Part shown: piece by piece, positions 13,961 to 29,488 of the stretch
Position numbering within the stretch: the stretch's first letter is position 1
Layout of the letters: every line of letters starts with the position of its first letter
Source: Octopus vulgaris
Lineage: Eukaryota
DNA length: 64,000 nucleotides
NCBI GenBank assembly: GCA_951406725.2
Contig: OX597830.1
Coordinates: 34,844,001 to 34,908,000, forward strand
Reading direction: 5' to 3'
Notes under the pieces: generated by a model
What the model saw: the letters and a program-made list of their open reading frames with translations, nothing else
Told to the model about the DNA's origin: nothing
Database searches by the model: none
Position numbers and translations under genes: made by a program

Positions 13961-14015
13961 TTGATGTGCTACTGAGGAAGGAGCAACCACTCCCGAAATA
14001 TGCATATACACACAT
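13961..14015 (+). ncRNA. Degenerate minimal hammerhead ribozyme motif (Penelope type)
   Basis: CTGAGGA (13972-13978), stem II GGAG-CAACCA-CTCC, GAAA (13995-13998), palindromic stem III ATATGCATAT and an imperfect stem I (ATGTG / CACAT). Confidence 0.45.
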
Positions 14016-14712
14016 TACATATTTTTCTATCTTCGATCGACTTGTTTGTTAGTTTGTATGTTACTTTGTAGTTTACTTTTGCTCTCTATCCTTTAAGATA
14101 ATCCCGATATGATATTTTATAGCTCTATAGCAAGTGAACCTATAATTATTGCAGTCCATATCAGCTTTTCCAAACGTTTCTGCAAGAATGTTTGTCACTT
14201 TCAGTCTAACTTTCAGCTTATAGATGTACATTAACCATGGTCTTCCTATGCTTCTCCAGGTATCATACAGCTGGTTATACATAAGTGCATTTGGAATTCT
14301 GTTGTCACTCGTTCCGACGAGTTCACCAATACATCTTAACTGTGACGTCGAAGGAAAGGATTCAATTTACTAATTTCACATTTAGAGAATTGGCCAGAAT
14401 TTAAAATTCTGTCATTCAGGCAGTATTCATAAATACTCGGTGTTGTCATTACAGTTATAAATATTCAGAAGTCAACCTTGTTCCTTCTCATCAATGCCAT
14501 GTACCTTGTGATCACTTTATTTCCATATTTGCATTTCCTATAAGTGGTAAACATTGTAATTACCGTAAGCAAGCTAACAGAACATTTATAAATAATTAAT
14601 GAAAAAAAAAACCGGAACTTCTCCCTTCAACTCAACCTTCATGTGATTCATACATAGTGCCTATCTCAAATTGGCACTAAAATCAGGTTGAGCAATAATA
14701 TATGAATTTTGT

Positions 14713-14771
<59 letters not shown>

Positions 14772-14867
14772 ACACGCATAATACTCCAAAACACACACGC
14801 ACGAGGAAACAAATACAAACCAGCTTTCACTTGTGTATGTTTGATTAAAATATAAATATATGAATTT

Positions 14868-15019
14868 AGGCGCATCAATCGCTGAGTGGTAAGAAGTTTG
14901 CTTCCCAACCACATGGTCCCCGGTTCAGTCCCACTTTGTGGCACCTTCAGCTCTATAGTCTAGGTCCGACCAAAGCCTTGTGAGTGAATTTCGTAGACGT
15001 AAACTGAAAGAAGACCGTC

Positions 15020-15059
<40 letters not shown>

Positions 15060-15290
15060 CTTGTGTGTATGTGTGTGTGTATTTTGTACCCCCACCGAAT
15101 GACAACCATTGATGCTGTATTTACGCCCTCGTAATGTAACTTAGCGGTTGGGTAAAATCGACCGTTAGAATAATACCAAGCTTTAAAAACAATTACACTG
15201 AGATCGATTCATGTGACTAAAAATTCATCAAGGCTGTGCCCCAGCATGGCCGAAATCTAATGGCTAGAACAAATAATAGAAAACGATAAA
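14868..15290 (+). mobile_element. SINE family A, diverged
   Basis: Head, internal (TA)n and CCCAGCATGGCC tail are recognisable. Confidence 0.85.
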
Positions 15291-15310
15291 ATATATATTT
15301 TATAATAATT

Positions 15311-16045
15311 CTGCTTGTCATTGCGTTACTTAGACCGTCGGTAAGGCTTTCACGTGATAAGTTGGAGAGAGACAGGGGAGACAGAAAAAGGAAAGAGAAA
15401 AAGAGGATAAGGCAAAGAGTTAGACAGAAAGAGGAAGAAAGAAAGAGAAAGAGAGATAAAGAGATGGAAAGAGAAAAAGAGACACAGAAGCATCCATGAC
15501 ATGAAATAGGGGGAACGTATTAATTATAGCAGAAGGGTGTTCTGAGTGTAAAGTTAAAGAAAGACAGGAAGAGAGAGGGGGGAGAGAGAGAGGTGTAACA
15601 GAGGTGGTGGTGGTGGTGGTTGAATAGGGAAAAGTATATTTTTCAATTGAACTAAGTTTTTTATATCAACTATTACTTAACGCATGCGCATAAGTGCAAT
15701 TCCGTAAAATATTATCTTCGTGGCAGATATATGCAATTTAACTAAAGGTTGTATCATATGTACGGGATTTTTTTATAGGAAAAATGGAAAAATAGGAGTG
15801 AATATTTATTTTATAAGTGCTGTGTATTAAGTCTATAAAATTGTGTGTTAAGTATAGAAAGTGTATATATAAAGTGCATTAAGTAATCATCGTATTCCAA
15901 TTTCGTTCACTTTTCAATGAATAACAGATGAGCGACTATCTTTTCATACTGTCACAACACCGGCTATTCTTTCAGGATTTTTGGATAAGGTTTTCAGAAA
16001 TAACCCGATAGGTTCACCATTAATTTTGTGAAAGATTCACGGGTC
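15311..16045 (+). repeat. Unclassified dispersed repeat, family X
   Basis: Collinear with the reverse complement of 61465-62475 and partly with 59514-59738, e.g. TTGTCATTGCGTTACTTAG.CGTCGGTAA, GATATATGCAATTTAACTAAAG and AGATGAGCGACTAT. Confidence 0.8.
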
Positions 16046-16230
16046 ACACTACTTTATATGAAGATGCGTACTTTCTTTAGCATATCCATTAACCTCTATT
16101 TTCTCCGTAAAAGTTCTTGCAAATGTGAACCATTATTGTGGTCGATATAATCAACTGAGCCTTTTCTCTAAATTTGCTGACCTTGTGCCAAAACTTGAAA
16201 CGATTATTATTATTATCATCATCATCACAA

Positions 16231-16310
<80 letters not shown>

Positions 16311-16312
<2 letters not shown>

Positions 16313-16531
16313 GGCAGCAAGCAGGCAGAATAGTTAACACACTGCGCAAAATCTTTAGCGGTATTTCGCCTGTCACTACGATCTAGTTCAAATTTCGCCT
16401 AGGTTGACTTTGCCTTACAATCTTTCGGGGTCGACAAAATTAGTACCTGTTGCACACTAGGATCGATGTAAACGACTCATGCCGACCCCCCAAAAAAGAA
16501 CATTCGCTGCCCTTGCGGAAAAATTTGAATC

Positions 16532-16604
<73 letters not shown>

Positions 16605-16716
16605 ACGTCGGGCAAAATGCTTAGCGTCATTTCACCCGTCTCTCCGTTCAGAGTTCAAATTCCGCCGAGGTCTACTTTGTCTTCCACCACTTTGAGGTCG
16701 ATAAAATAAATAAGTA
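16311..16716 (+). mobile_element. Two SINE family B copies separated by (ATT)n
   Basis: GTTCAAATT.CGCC.AGGT..ACTTTG motifs at ~16386 and ~16652. Confidence 0.8.
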
Positions 16717-16894
16717 CACACACGCACATATCTGGAAACGGGTACTTAGCCCTTCTCAGGGCCACAGCACACGTCACAGCAGTGCTATAAACCAGAGAAA
16801 CCAATCCCACCTAAGGCGTACTAAAACGGACAGCAGGTGGATACCCGGGAGCTATGACTTGGATGCGGCCCTACTCCCCCCACCATAGAGTGTC

Positions 16895-17394
16895 AAGAGT
16901 TTAAGAACCTTTTAGTACTGATGTAGTGATTTTCTTTGGCTTTTTCTGACAAATTGACCTTTCTTCATCATATAAAACTTATATCTGACATCGTGGAAAA
17001 CATTTCTAACTCTTCCTTCTGACACATGGAGACCTTTGCAATTAACCTCTTGGACTTTCTCCATGGTCTTTTGAAGTTTCTGGATACATTCAAGTGTTAT
17101 GATGATTTCTGAGCGTTTAGAATGCTTTTTATGCTATGATACTCGGGATACGTTTCCAACTCCAGTCTCTAACTCCTTACAAACTTGGCACGCGAAAAAT
17201 CTGCTAACTTTTAAAAATCGAGATATTTCTAAATCACTATGGTCAGCCTTTATACCCACAATAACAGCATGCTTCTTCATTTCTTGAGTAACCTGAGGGT
17301 CTGCCATTATTATTTTTTGAAACAAAGATTATAGAGAGTCAGCAAAAAATGCAGCAATGACCCCAAAAAAGGTATGTCCTCTAATAGCTTACGC

Positions 17395-17398
<4 letters not shown>
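16895..17398 (-). mobile_element. Decayed Tc1/mariner-superfamily (maT/DD37D-like) transposon, 5' half
   Basis: The minus strand reads MADPQVTQEMKKHAVIVGIKADHSDLEISRFLKVSR...ETGVGNVSRVS*HKKHSKRSEII...LHVSEGRVRNVFHDVRYKFY, resembling two HTH motifs. The element end abuts (TA)n. Confidence 0.65.
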
Positions 17399-17461
<63 letters not shown>

Positions 17462-17475
17462 CATACATATATATC

Positions 17476-17517
<42 letters not shown>

Positions 17518-17607
17518 TGTATATGAAAGTGTGCATTCTGTCAGTTACCAATTCTGTGCTGTCTAACTTATTCATATTATTGTGTATATTTCATATATTT
17601 TTTTAAT

Positions 17608-17850
17608 TACCGTAATTCCTCAAATATCGCGTGTATTACGTTCACCACCACTCGCAATAGGTCAAAATCCGCGAAGCAGAAAGAATATTGTACTGAATAT
17701 TTTTGGTTATTATTTTCACAATTTGTATATTTTTATTTTATTATAAATGCAAAACAACAACCACAGAGGAATCGACGTATGCTTAAATTAAAAAATGTGA
17801 TAGGTGAACCGCGGAAGGTGAACTGAGATGTGGCCAGGGCAAAAAGTGTG
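17608..17850. mobile_element. Possible pogo/Tigger-like MITE, degenerate
   Basis: The ends TACCGTAATTCCTCAAATATCGCG and GAACTGAGATGTGGCCAGGG resemble Tigger-type TIRs; many mismatches. Confidence 0.3.
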
Positions 17851-17926
17851 GAAATTCCGATGTATGTATGCATGTATGTATGTACAGAGGCAGAGAGACA
17901 GAGAGAGAGAAAGAAGGAGAGAAAAT

Positions 17927-17971
<45 letters not shown>

Positions 17972-18060
17972 CAGGTAGAGAGAGACGTATGTATATGTAG
18001 GATAAGATAAAACCATTTGTTCTTTACTTAGTTGCATTCGTATATCTAAATGTACACCCA

Positions 18061-18102
<42 letters not shown>

Positions 18103-18137
18103 GTGTGTGTGTGCGTGTGTATTTAACGAATAGAAAT

Positions 18138-18185
<48 letters not shown>

Positions 18186-19468
18186 ATACATATGTATGCA
18201 CGATTCTCTGTCTTGCTCTATCTGTATATATATGTATATATATATATAGGTATATATATATATATGTCTATATATATATGCATCTATCTATCTATCTATC
18301 TATATATATGTATGCCAACTACGTAGAATAAAATCTATACAATAATAACAATATATATGATATATATAATATAAATATTATATATATTTATATATATATA
18401 TATATATATATACATACATACATACATACATATATATAAAGAGAGAGAAAGAAAGAGGGAGAGACAGGCAGAAAGAATGAGAGAGGGGCGAGACATATAT
18501 ATATATATATATATGTAACCAACATGTTTTAATATCTGTCTTTTTAGTTCTTTTCTTTTTCGTGTATATACATAAGCATACAGCATGTTATCAGGCCAGA
18601 AATATATGAAACAGCTTTAAAATATGATGCCAAAATAAATTTCGTGCAAAGGGAAATAGAGAAAATATATATTAGAATTAGCTTCACCGAAATAGTCTTC
18701 ATAAAAATAATAAACAAAATCAATATTCAACCAGAGAAAAGCTAGATGGAATAAAATAGATAAATAATGTAAATAAATATATGACAGAAGGGAAAATTAG
18801 ATATTTTAATAGCTAACGGCTTCGAAGAAGGTTGATTTTTCAAATCTTGAAAGAAATAACATTGGTAAATTATCTCCCATTAAATATATAAATGCCTACC
18901 GTCATTTATGTATAATACATACATCCATCCATACATACATACATACATATATATACATACAAACATTGATAAATATATAGAAGAGTACATTGGCACAAAA
19001 ATACAGACATATATAGAATTATGCATTGATATTAATATACGTATATATGTCGGTATAAATGTAAGCACCTATTTACGTACAGGGTATCTGTGTAGCTGAT
19101 ATACATATCTACTTATATACAGATACATAGTGACAATATATATTCTATATCAATATCTATCTAATTATCTGTCTCCAGCTAACTGTTTTCCTGGCACTCT
19201 GTATTCTGCTTGACTTTGTTCCTCTCCCTCTTTTATAGAGACATACATACATACTTATATGTATTCATTTACATAGACACAAATGCGTAGGTATGTGTTT
19301 GTATATATACATATACATATGGGAGTGTATTGTACGCATTTATATATATGTATGTATATATGTATGTATGCATATATATATATATATATATAGAAGATTC
19401 TCTGTCTTGCTCTGAGTGTATATATTTGTATATATATATGATACACACACACACACACACACATAAGC

Positions 19469-19522
<54 letters not shown>

Positions 19523-19540
19523 ATATATATATATACACAT

Positions 19541-19641
<101 letters not shown>

Positions 19642-20239
19642 TATATATATACATGAAGACGAACTGAAAATTACACATACATATATAAAATATATAGAAA
19701 TACAAATATACTTATTAAATTTGTCTTTGAACAAGGGCAGATCAATCGGATACACTTCCGGTGCAGTGTTGTAGTAAATTAGTGTCAAAGGAATGAGAAG
19801 ATTGCTTTTGATTTTTGCCTTTAATTTTGATTTTTTTCCCCCCTACTCCTCAAGATGACATATCATGCTAAGACTCATCAGCTATTACTGATTATTCGGC
19901 AGTAATAATATTCATTTTGTAATTTCTCATTTTTGTTATTTTTATCATTTTTATTAGTAGTGTTATTATTATTATTTTTTTTGTTGTTGTTTGAGAACGT
20001 TTTTCTAATGACTATTTAAGATGGCAGTCATGTTATACGAATTTACAGACAAATCAATTTCAAAGAAAATGTAACAAACGTATTTATAATACGTTACCTT
20101 TGTCATTGTGAATAAATTCTTTAAATTCAGACATACATATATATTCTCTTTGTGATAAACAGTTCATATGTACACGAGTATCAAGTATTTGTATAATTAC
20201 CGGTGGTTATGCATATTCGTGTTTTTGTTTAGGATATTT

Positions 20240-20452
20240 CTCTCTCTTTTTCTTGTTTCAGTCATTTGAAAGGCGGTGTTCCATGCTGGAACACCGCCTT
20301 TAGTCAAGCAAATCGACCGCAGGACTTGTTCTTTGTAAGCCTAGTACTTATTCTGTCGGCCGCTTTTGCCGAACCGCTAAGTTACAGGGACGTTAACATA
20401 CTACCATCGGTTGTCAAGCGATGTTGGGGGGGACAGACACAGACACACAAAC

Positions 20453-20525
<73 letters not shown>

Positions 20526-20701
20526 CATACATACATACGCCAGGCTTCTTTCAGTTTCTGTCTACCAAATCCACTTACAAGGCTTTGGCCGGCCCGAGGC
20601 TATAGTAGATGGCATTTGCCCAAGTTGCCAAGCAGTGGGACTGAACCCGGAACCATGTGGTTGGTAAGCAAGCTGCTTACTACACAGCCACTCCTGCGCC
20701 T
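20240..20701 (-). mobile_element. SINE family A
   Basis: Near full-length reverse-complement match. Confidence 0.92.
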
Positions 20702-21383
20702 ACACAACCTCCACAATCTTAGGGTAAGTGTTTCTCTGCTACTAGAGATATCATTAGACTGTAACATATAAACTTGTGGACAACAAAAATATCTATATAC
20801 GCTATTTGAGTCAAAGTAATATAGGCAAGCTACAGAGTTTTCTGTTTTGCGTTCATTGGCAAAAGTCATATTTGTCATTAACGGTAAGTATTTTCCTCAT
20901 AGAAAGTTAATAATTCCAGGACAAGGGAAGGTAATTTTGCTTCACACCATTACATATGCTTTCCAACACTGAAATCTATATTCCCCACGCAGATGGCATC
21001 CCTCGAAAATTCTTGGATGTTATGTACTGAGATTTCAGAATCGGGAAATATTTTTCTATATAGAAAGTATTTCCTTCCAAAGTGATCCTAAAGTCATATA
21101 CGTAAAAACCAGGAGCTACTTCACGTAGGTCTTCTAAGGACAAAGAAATTCATCAGTGCCTGCCCTAAACCCATGCAAATAAGGAAACCTTCCCATCCTG
21201 TATACCCGCAAATATTTTCAAGATACTGGAATTTTCAAGATATTGGAAATACCGTACTGTAATTTCTTTGACGCTATTCTTCGCATGCATTCGCTCACAC
21301 TCATATACACATACATATATATTAAGTAAAGATTTTCGAAATATGTTTACCAACATAAACATTTCACTGTCACTTTTTCTATA

Positions 21384-21425
<42 letters not shown>

Positions 21426-21571
21426 GTGGGGTATACACACATACATGCATACATAGAGGCACAAATGCATACAAATAGACTCAGACACATAGATGCACAC
21501 AATTAGACTCATACATGCATAGGTTCACACTCACAAATATATACGCACACACACATGCACACACACACATG

Positions 21572-21612
<41 letters not shown>

Positions 21613-22065
21613 GTATATATATATGTAGCGTGTGTATGGAAATATATGTGTGTAGTATGTGTATGCAAATATATTACGGCCATCATACTTATATGACTTC
21701 TCTTACACTTACGAACCATTCCATGATAACAACATTATCGATAAGGGAAATGGATTATAGCCACTGCTTATAATGCTACTACGAATCTTGTGATCCAGCA
21801 GCAATCCTCGGGAGACAACAATAACTGACATGTCAAGTTGGTTAAAATAACATGTGGACTTTCGGAACAGAAATATTTCTTTTATTTGATTCAATAGATT
21901 TCTCTTTGCTTAAATACGTGTCTCAAGAATCGAAACCTGCTGTACATATAAATCAAAATTTTAATATCTTCCCTTTTTTCGTGGTTAAGTTCTCAAAGTC
22001 ATATCCTTTTATTTCTAAGATATACAAAGACACACACACACACACACATACACCACACAGATATA

Positions 22066-22103
<38 letters not shown>

Positions 22104-22721
22104 CATACATACATATATATATATATATATGTACGTGTATATATATATATGTATACACACACACAGAGAAATAGATAGATAGCTGGATAGTTAGATAGAC
22201 AGATACACACATACATAAATGGATATATATGTATATATACATACATAAATACATACATGCCTGTGTGTAGGTGTATTTAGGTATAGATGTGTGTAGGGTG
22301 CAGTTGTGTAAATTTGTGGGTTTCTAAATCTGTGTGAATGCGAGTACCTACAGCTAAGATCATGAAATTGTTTCTATTTAAAGTTACATCCATTGGAACC
22401 TAGCAGCGCTGCTAAAATCTTGAACAATGTGTAATTTGTGTCTAGCGGAAAAAATCCTTAATCATATAAGTATTTCAGTTTCTGAGGAAAGATTCTTGGA
22501 AGTTTTGTGCCAACATTTCTGATATATTTCTGTATGCTTAAAAAGAAAAAAGAAGTTCGCTCGATTCTAAAAGATGTAATGGATGAAACATGTAGGCATA
22601 TTTGTCTTATTTTGCTTTAAATTTAAATTATTTTTGTGATCTGTGGGCGAATGGGAGAGGTCGTGCTTGTTGTTGTTGTCTCATTATATAATATAGATAT
22701 AATATTGCTATAATAGCGCAA

Positions 22722-22769
<48 letters not shown>

Positions 22770-22887
22770 ATATATATATATATATATATAATTATATAGC
22801 TATCTATCTATCTATATATATATATATATATATTATATAGCTATTTATCTTTATATATATATATATATATATCTATGTATTTATATA

Positions 22888-22966
<79 letters not shown>

Positions 22967-23981
22967 AGTATGCATGCATGCATGTATGCATGTATATATG
23001 TATGTAGTGAAAAAAATTCACGTTTAGTAAACGACTCTAAACATTTTCTGAAATTAATTTTGGAAATATTCATTGAAATTATTTCGATATATAATGATAT
23101 CTTAAATTTTTTTTCATGAAATTCTTTCTACATAAATCATATTTTGGGGAAGTATTCTTATTTTTTTCGACTTCTTCAATCATATTTCCTAAAGAGGTAT
23201 GTTGTATTAACATATTTTCTTCACTTTGAACTTGGATAATTTTCGGTTATTATTTGTATGGGGGCAATATAGATTGAAATAATATCTTAAATGTATGACT
23301 GATTAAATTTCTGTGGTGGAAGACACGTTATATTTTAAATCAATCTTAAAAGCAGATTAAAGAAGTTTGCAGAGAGAAAAAATAAACACCATAGAAATAT
23401 GAACGGATACATACAATACATCGATACTTATATATATATAAGTATGTATATATATATATACATATTTACACGCACACAAGAACTCACACACGCACCCATA
23501 CACACACACACACACATATATATATATGTGTATATATATGTATATATATATATATATATATATACATACATATATACATACACATATACATATAATATAT
23601 ATATATATATATATTATATTAGAGGCATATGTATATTATACACTCACGCACACATACATAGATATACGTACAAACATATATACTTTTATATACCTACAGG
23701 CATAGAGATGATAAATAGCTACAAGAATTGAGGTAGGTGAACGGTACATAAACACACATATATATATACACACATCGATGATGTAAACATAAATACCGAA
23801 ACACGTACACACGTACTGAAACACATGCACATACATACACATATTTAAGATAATTTCAAATTAATTAAATATGGAAAGCAAACTATATCCATGATATACA
23901 TGCAAATACAAGGAATTACTTGTTTCTTTTACTTTAAGAATAAATATATATATATGCAAATAAACTGGTATATATATATGC

Positions 23982-24058
<77 letters not shown>

Positions 24059-24794
24059 TATATATATATATAAACATATATAGGCACGTATATTTGTATT
24101 TATGTATGTGTGTGTGTTTGTGCGTGTGTGTGTGTGTTTATGTGTTTGTCTGTGTGTACGAAAGAATCTATGTATGTGTGCCTTATGTAGGTGTCTATAT
24201 GTATTTGCAATTCACCGTATTAGAATGTCTTATGCTGTGTATTTGTAGGTCTACGTGTTTGTGAGAGAGAATTTATGTGACAGAAATGAAAAGAAAAAAA
24301 AATTGCATGCAACATGTGAAAAGAATAAATAAAATCAATATTATTTAAATGATGTAATATGTATATTACGTATATGAGCTCTAGTTCAAATCATTTAAAA
24401 TGAAACAGGTTTATCTATATACGTTTATGTCAAATATAATGAAATATAAACGTACACTTATCATTGAAACATACAGACGTTGCCTGAATATTAACACAAA
24501 AAAGTGAGCGTGTATATATGCATGGTTGCTTCTATATGCGTATACGTACATATCTACACACGCACATATATTCATATATATGTAGATATTATATATACAT
24601 ATATATATATATATGTTTGTTTATATATATACATATATATATATGCATATATATACATATATATAGATATATATATATATATATCATTCATATACATATA
24701 TGCATCATTTATATCAGTTTTATCCTCTCTATATGTAGATACCTACTCAACCACACACACATAAATAATTATATAAATCCTATTTCGTCACTGC

Positions 24795-24832
<38 letters not shown>

Positions 24833-24860
24833 CATATATGTTATTCAATTAAATTATGTA

Positions 24861-24905
<45 letters not shown>

Positions 24906-24935
24906 GTATATACATATACATACATACATACATAC

Positions 24936-24980
<45 letters not shown>

Positions 24981-24991
24981 TTCAATTAAAT

Positions 24992-25041
<50 letters not shown>

Positions 25042-25053
25042 CATATACATACA

Positions 25054-25127
<74 letters not shown>

Positions 25128-25663
25128 CATATATATATATATATATATATTCGCAAATATATCCCAGTCACACAATACAAACCAATATTTTTATTATTGC
25201 TTTCTTCCTTTCAGTTTCTTTATCCTTTCTTCCTTTCCTTTGTGTTATTACTGTACCTTTTTTTATTATTATTAGCATTACTACATATATATATATTTTT
25301 TTTTTAACTTTTTAATATCATCACATTGGCAGCATTATAAAAGTGCATGGAATCTGCTTCTTAATTTCCCAGTGTTGTTTGAGCTGTTCTTATCATCATC
25401 AAATATTCACATGAAACTGTCACTTTATACAATCACATGAAGGACCTATATTAAAAATTCAATAGAGTTTTAATTTCGTTTTTCCATTATACAGATTTTT
25501 ATACCGAAAGATAATATATATTTTAAACCGTATAAACAAATAAATGAATAATTATGAGAACCTGAGAACCTATACGGATATATAGGTAATAAAAAGTATG
25601 AGTGTGTGTATAAATGTGTTTGTGTGTGCATCTGTGTACAGATATATCTGATGTGCGTTTACA

Positions 25664-25708
<45 letters not shown>

Positions 25709-25819
25709 ATGTTTGCCTGTGTGTATATGTCGGGATGAATGTGCTTGTATATATGTTTTCCTTTCAAACTTTGCCTGCCTATATATGTGTGTATATATAT
25801 AAATATATATATTTATATA

Positions 25820-25856
25820 TAGATAGATAGATAGATAGATAGGCAGATAGACAGAC

Positions 25857-25908
<52 letters not shown>

Positions 25909-25909
25909 G

Positions 25910-25948
<39 letters not shown>
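25820..25948. repeat. (GATA)n microsatellite
   Basis: Visible tandem repeat. Confidence 0.95.
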
Positions 25949-25949
<1 letters not shown>

Positions 25950-26366
25950 TTAGACAAAATATGTGTAGTTCTAGATATAGTCTGAGAGATATGGATGAGG
26001 GAGAGAGAGAGTAAAAAATGAAACTATATACACATACATTCTATGTACACTTTGGAATGAGTGAGAGAAGGAGCAGGAGAGAAAGTGAGGGAGAAAGAGA
26101 AAGAGGCAGAGAGAGAGAGAGAGATAATATGTGTGTGTGAATATGTGCGTGTGTGTGTGTGATGCAGAGCCGACAGACAGACTGACAATACGAGTGAGGG
26201 ATGTCTTGGAACTGAGATTGAGAAGTTAGCGTATTGAATGCATTGGCGTCTAGGTCTTAATCTACCTGCGCACGAGAACACGTATGTTCCGTATATTATA
26301 CCTGTTCATTTGTTTGGAGAATGCATGATATATTACATAAGTATATATATATACGTGTAAACACAC

Positions 26367-26387
26367 AACTGAAAGAAGCCCGTCGTG

Positions 26388-26444
<57 letters not shown>

Positions 26445-26656
26445 TTGTGTGTCTGCGTTTGTCCCCCAACATCGCTTGACAACCGATGCTGGTGTGTTTA
26501 CGTCCCCGTAACTTAGCGATTCGGCAAAAGAGACTCGATGGAATAAGAACTAGGCTTACAAGGAATAAGTTCTGGGGTCGATTTGCTCGACTAAAGGCGG
26601 TGCTCCAGCATGGCCGCAGTCACATGACTGAAACAATTAAAAAGTAAAAGTAAAAG
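26367..26656 (+). mobile_element. SINE family A, 5'-truncated
   Basis: Starts at AACTGAAAGAAGCCCGTCG; the 3' half is intact. Confidence 0.9.
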
Positions 26657-26875
26657 AAGTAATATGCATATATATATGTATGTATATACAAACATACACA
26701 CTCAAGCATATATATATAAACAGACATATATATGTATATTGAGAGAAAGTGACAGGAGCGAGAATGAGTGTGGGAAGTCAGAGAGAGATAATAAAGACTA
26801 AGAAAGGAGAGAGCAGGAGAGAACATGTGAGTATATAACTATATGTATCTGTATAAATGTATGCTCATACATATA

Positions 26876-26961
26876 TGAAGCACGTCGTATACGCCCACAC
26901 ATATACATATATGTATATATATAAATGTGTATGTGTGTATATACGTGTGTTTGTGTATATA

Positions 26962-26992
<31 letters not shown>

Positions 26993-27182
26993 CAGTGTTT
27001 GTCCTCCAACTGTCGCTTGACAGCCGATGTTGGTGTGTCTACGTCCCCGTTAACCAGCGGTTAGGTAAAGGTGTCTGATAAAATAAGTACTAGACTTATA
27101 AAGAATAAGACCTGCGGTCGATTTGCTCGAGTAAAGGCGGTGCTCCAGCATGGGCGCAGTCCAAATGATTGAAACTTGTAAA
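26876..27182 (+). mobile_element. SINE family A, 5'-truncated
   Basis: The 3' half matches (TCGCTTGACA.CCGATG...GGCGGTGCTCCAGCATGG). Confidence 0.85.
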
Positions 27183-27194
27183 AAAATTAAAAAA

Positions 27195-27198
27195 TAGG

Positions 27199-27242
<44 letters not shown>

Positions 27243-27261
27243 CAGGTAGGTAGAAAGAAAA

Positions 27262-27302
<41 letters not shown>

Positions 27303-27340
27303 CAGGTAGGTAAGTAGGTAGGTAGGAAGATAGATAGATT

Positions 27341-27414
<74 letters not shown>

Positions 27415-27433
27415 CAGGTAGGTAGAAAGAAAA

Positions 27434-27465
<32 letters not shown>

Positions 27466-27542
27466 ATAGATAGACAGGTAGGTAGATAAATAGATAGATA
27501 TATAGATAGATTGATAGATAGATAGATAGATAGAGAGGTAGT

Positions 27543-27590
<48 letters not shown>

Positions 27591-27624
27591 CAGGTAGGTA
27601 GGCAAGTAGCTAGGTAGGTAGGTT

Positions 27625-27696
<72 letters not shown>

Positions 27697-27698
27697 TA
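27195..27698. repeat. (GATA)n array with recurrent GACAGGTAGGTAG interruptions
   Basis: Visible tandem repeat with higher-order structure. Confidence 0.92.
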
Positions 27699-28029
27699 GA
27701 AAGAATGTATGACTAATAAATATATTTAGTACTATATGTCATACTTTTGGGTTATGAACTTCAATAAATGTCTGTTTGTGTATGTGTGTTTATGCTTACG
27801 TCTGTGCCAGAAAGCGTATGCGTATATGGCTTTCATAAATATTAAACCATATGTGTCTATGGTTAATATTTATGAATTTATGAATGCCCATGACAATCTA
27901 CGTGTATATTTTTCGAAATATTATTGTTCACTTGCAAATGAATCCGCACACATACAAGAAACAAAAACATATATATATATATATATATATGGACGAGTGT
28001 TTGTGCGTAAGTATATTACATACACATGA

Positions 28030-28060
<31 letters not shown>

Positions 28061-28364
28061 GGTGTGGGTGTTTCTAGATGGGTGCGTCCTAATGTATACG
28101 TATCTGCGTGGGTTTCCATCGTATCGTATTCTTGTGCATGTGTGTGTGACGACGAGGACATGTAAACGCATGTGTCTGTTTAATTTGTTATCTTTAATGA
28201 TTCATCTTTCAATTCTTCGCCTTACGGCAGGAAAACAAGAAATGAGTTGAGTTTTAGATTCTGATGAAAGACAAATAATTCTTTGCGAAATAAAGCTGTA
28301 TGTATTTATGCGTATTCCGTATTCCTCTATGCATATCGTTTATATTTATTCATATATATACATA

Positions 28365-28427
<63 letters not shown>

Positions 28428-28695
28428 TATACATATATATATACATATACATATATATACACACATATATGCTAACATATATACATATATACATATGCAT
28501 AAATATGTATCTATACATATGCATCTCCATATATGAAGGCATACATTTATGTATATATATATATATATGTGCATGTGTGTGTGTATTTTCCTGAATAATA
28601 TGTGTGCATATGTGTATGTATGCACACGTACTTATACGCATATATATATATTCATATATATATATATACATATATGAATATATATATATATATGC

Positions 28696-28750
<55 letters not shown>

Positions 28751-29406
28751 GTATTTATCATATATTATCTGTCGTCGTTTCATTTCAGAATAATATTATA
28801 TTATAAAAGAAAGGAAAACAATATCATTATTAATACTACTTTCTCATCTCTGAATTGGGTTTGGAATTTTTCTAGTTGAAACAGAACAATTCATCTCGCT
28901 TGTATTAAAAGCACTTCTTTTCCTGATCCATCCTTTATTAATTTAGCTTATTGTTGTAGAGTTATTTTGCTGTAATTTCTTGGCTGTTGTTGTTGTTGCT
29001 GTATTTGCTGTGTTTAAAGCAGTTATGTTGATGCGGGTAGTGGTGGTGGTGGTCGTGGTCGTGGTGGTGTTGTCGGTGACTTTGATAATGGCTGCATTTG
29101 AAGATTTCGTTAGTTAGTTTTCTTAGTATTCAATCATTTTCGTTTTGGGTTTGATTTTTGTGTTTTTTTTTTATTTAACTCTTTTTTTTTTTGTTTTTGG
29201 TACTGGTGCAGGTTTTTATTAATTATGTATTTTTGTTGTTCGTGTTTTGTCTGTTGTTTGTTGTTTATTGTTGGTGTCGTTGCTGTTGTTGTCGTTGATA
29301 TAGTGGTGGCGGCAGTGGCGGCGGTGGCGGTGGTGGTAATGGTGGCGGTGAATGAATTTGAAAAATGTTTTCCTTTTGATTTGATTCCATGGTTAATGAG
29401 TTTTGT

Positions 29407-29422
29407 AATAATAATAATAATG

Positions 29423-29488
<66 letters not shown>

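Noticed and set aside
20975-21135. Minus-strand open stretch EDLREVAPGFYVYDFRITLEGNTFYIEKYF after a plausible acceptor
   Set aside because: No convincing donor or recognisable domain; insufficient support.
24518-25315. Longest ORF in the track (265 aa) and the many YI/HT/CV/LSIY-rich ORFs
   Set aside because: These are translations of (TA)n, (CA)n and (GATA)n microsatellites, which lack stops in some frames; there is no protein-like composition.
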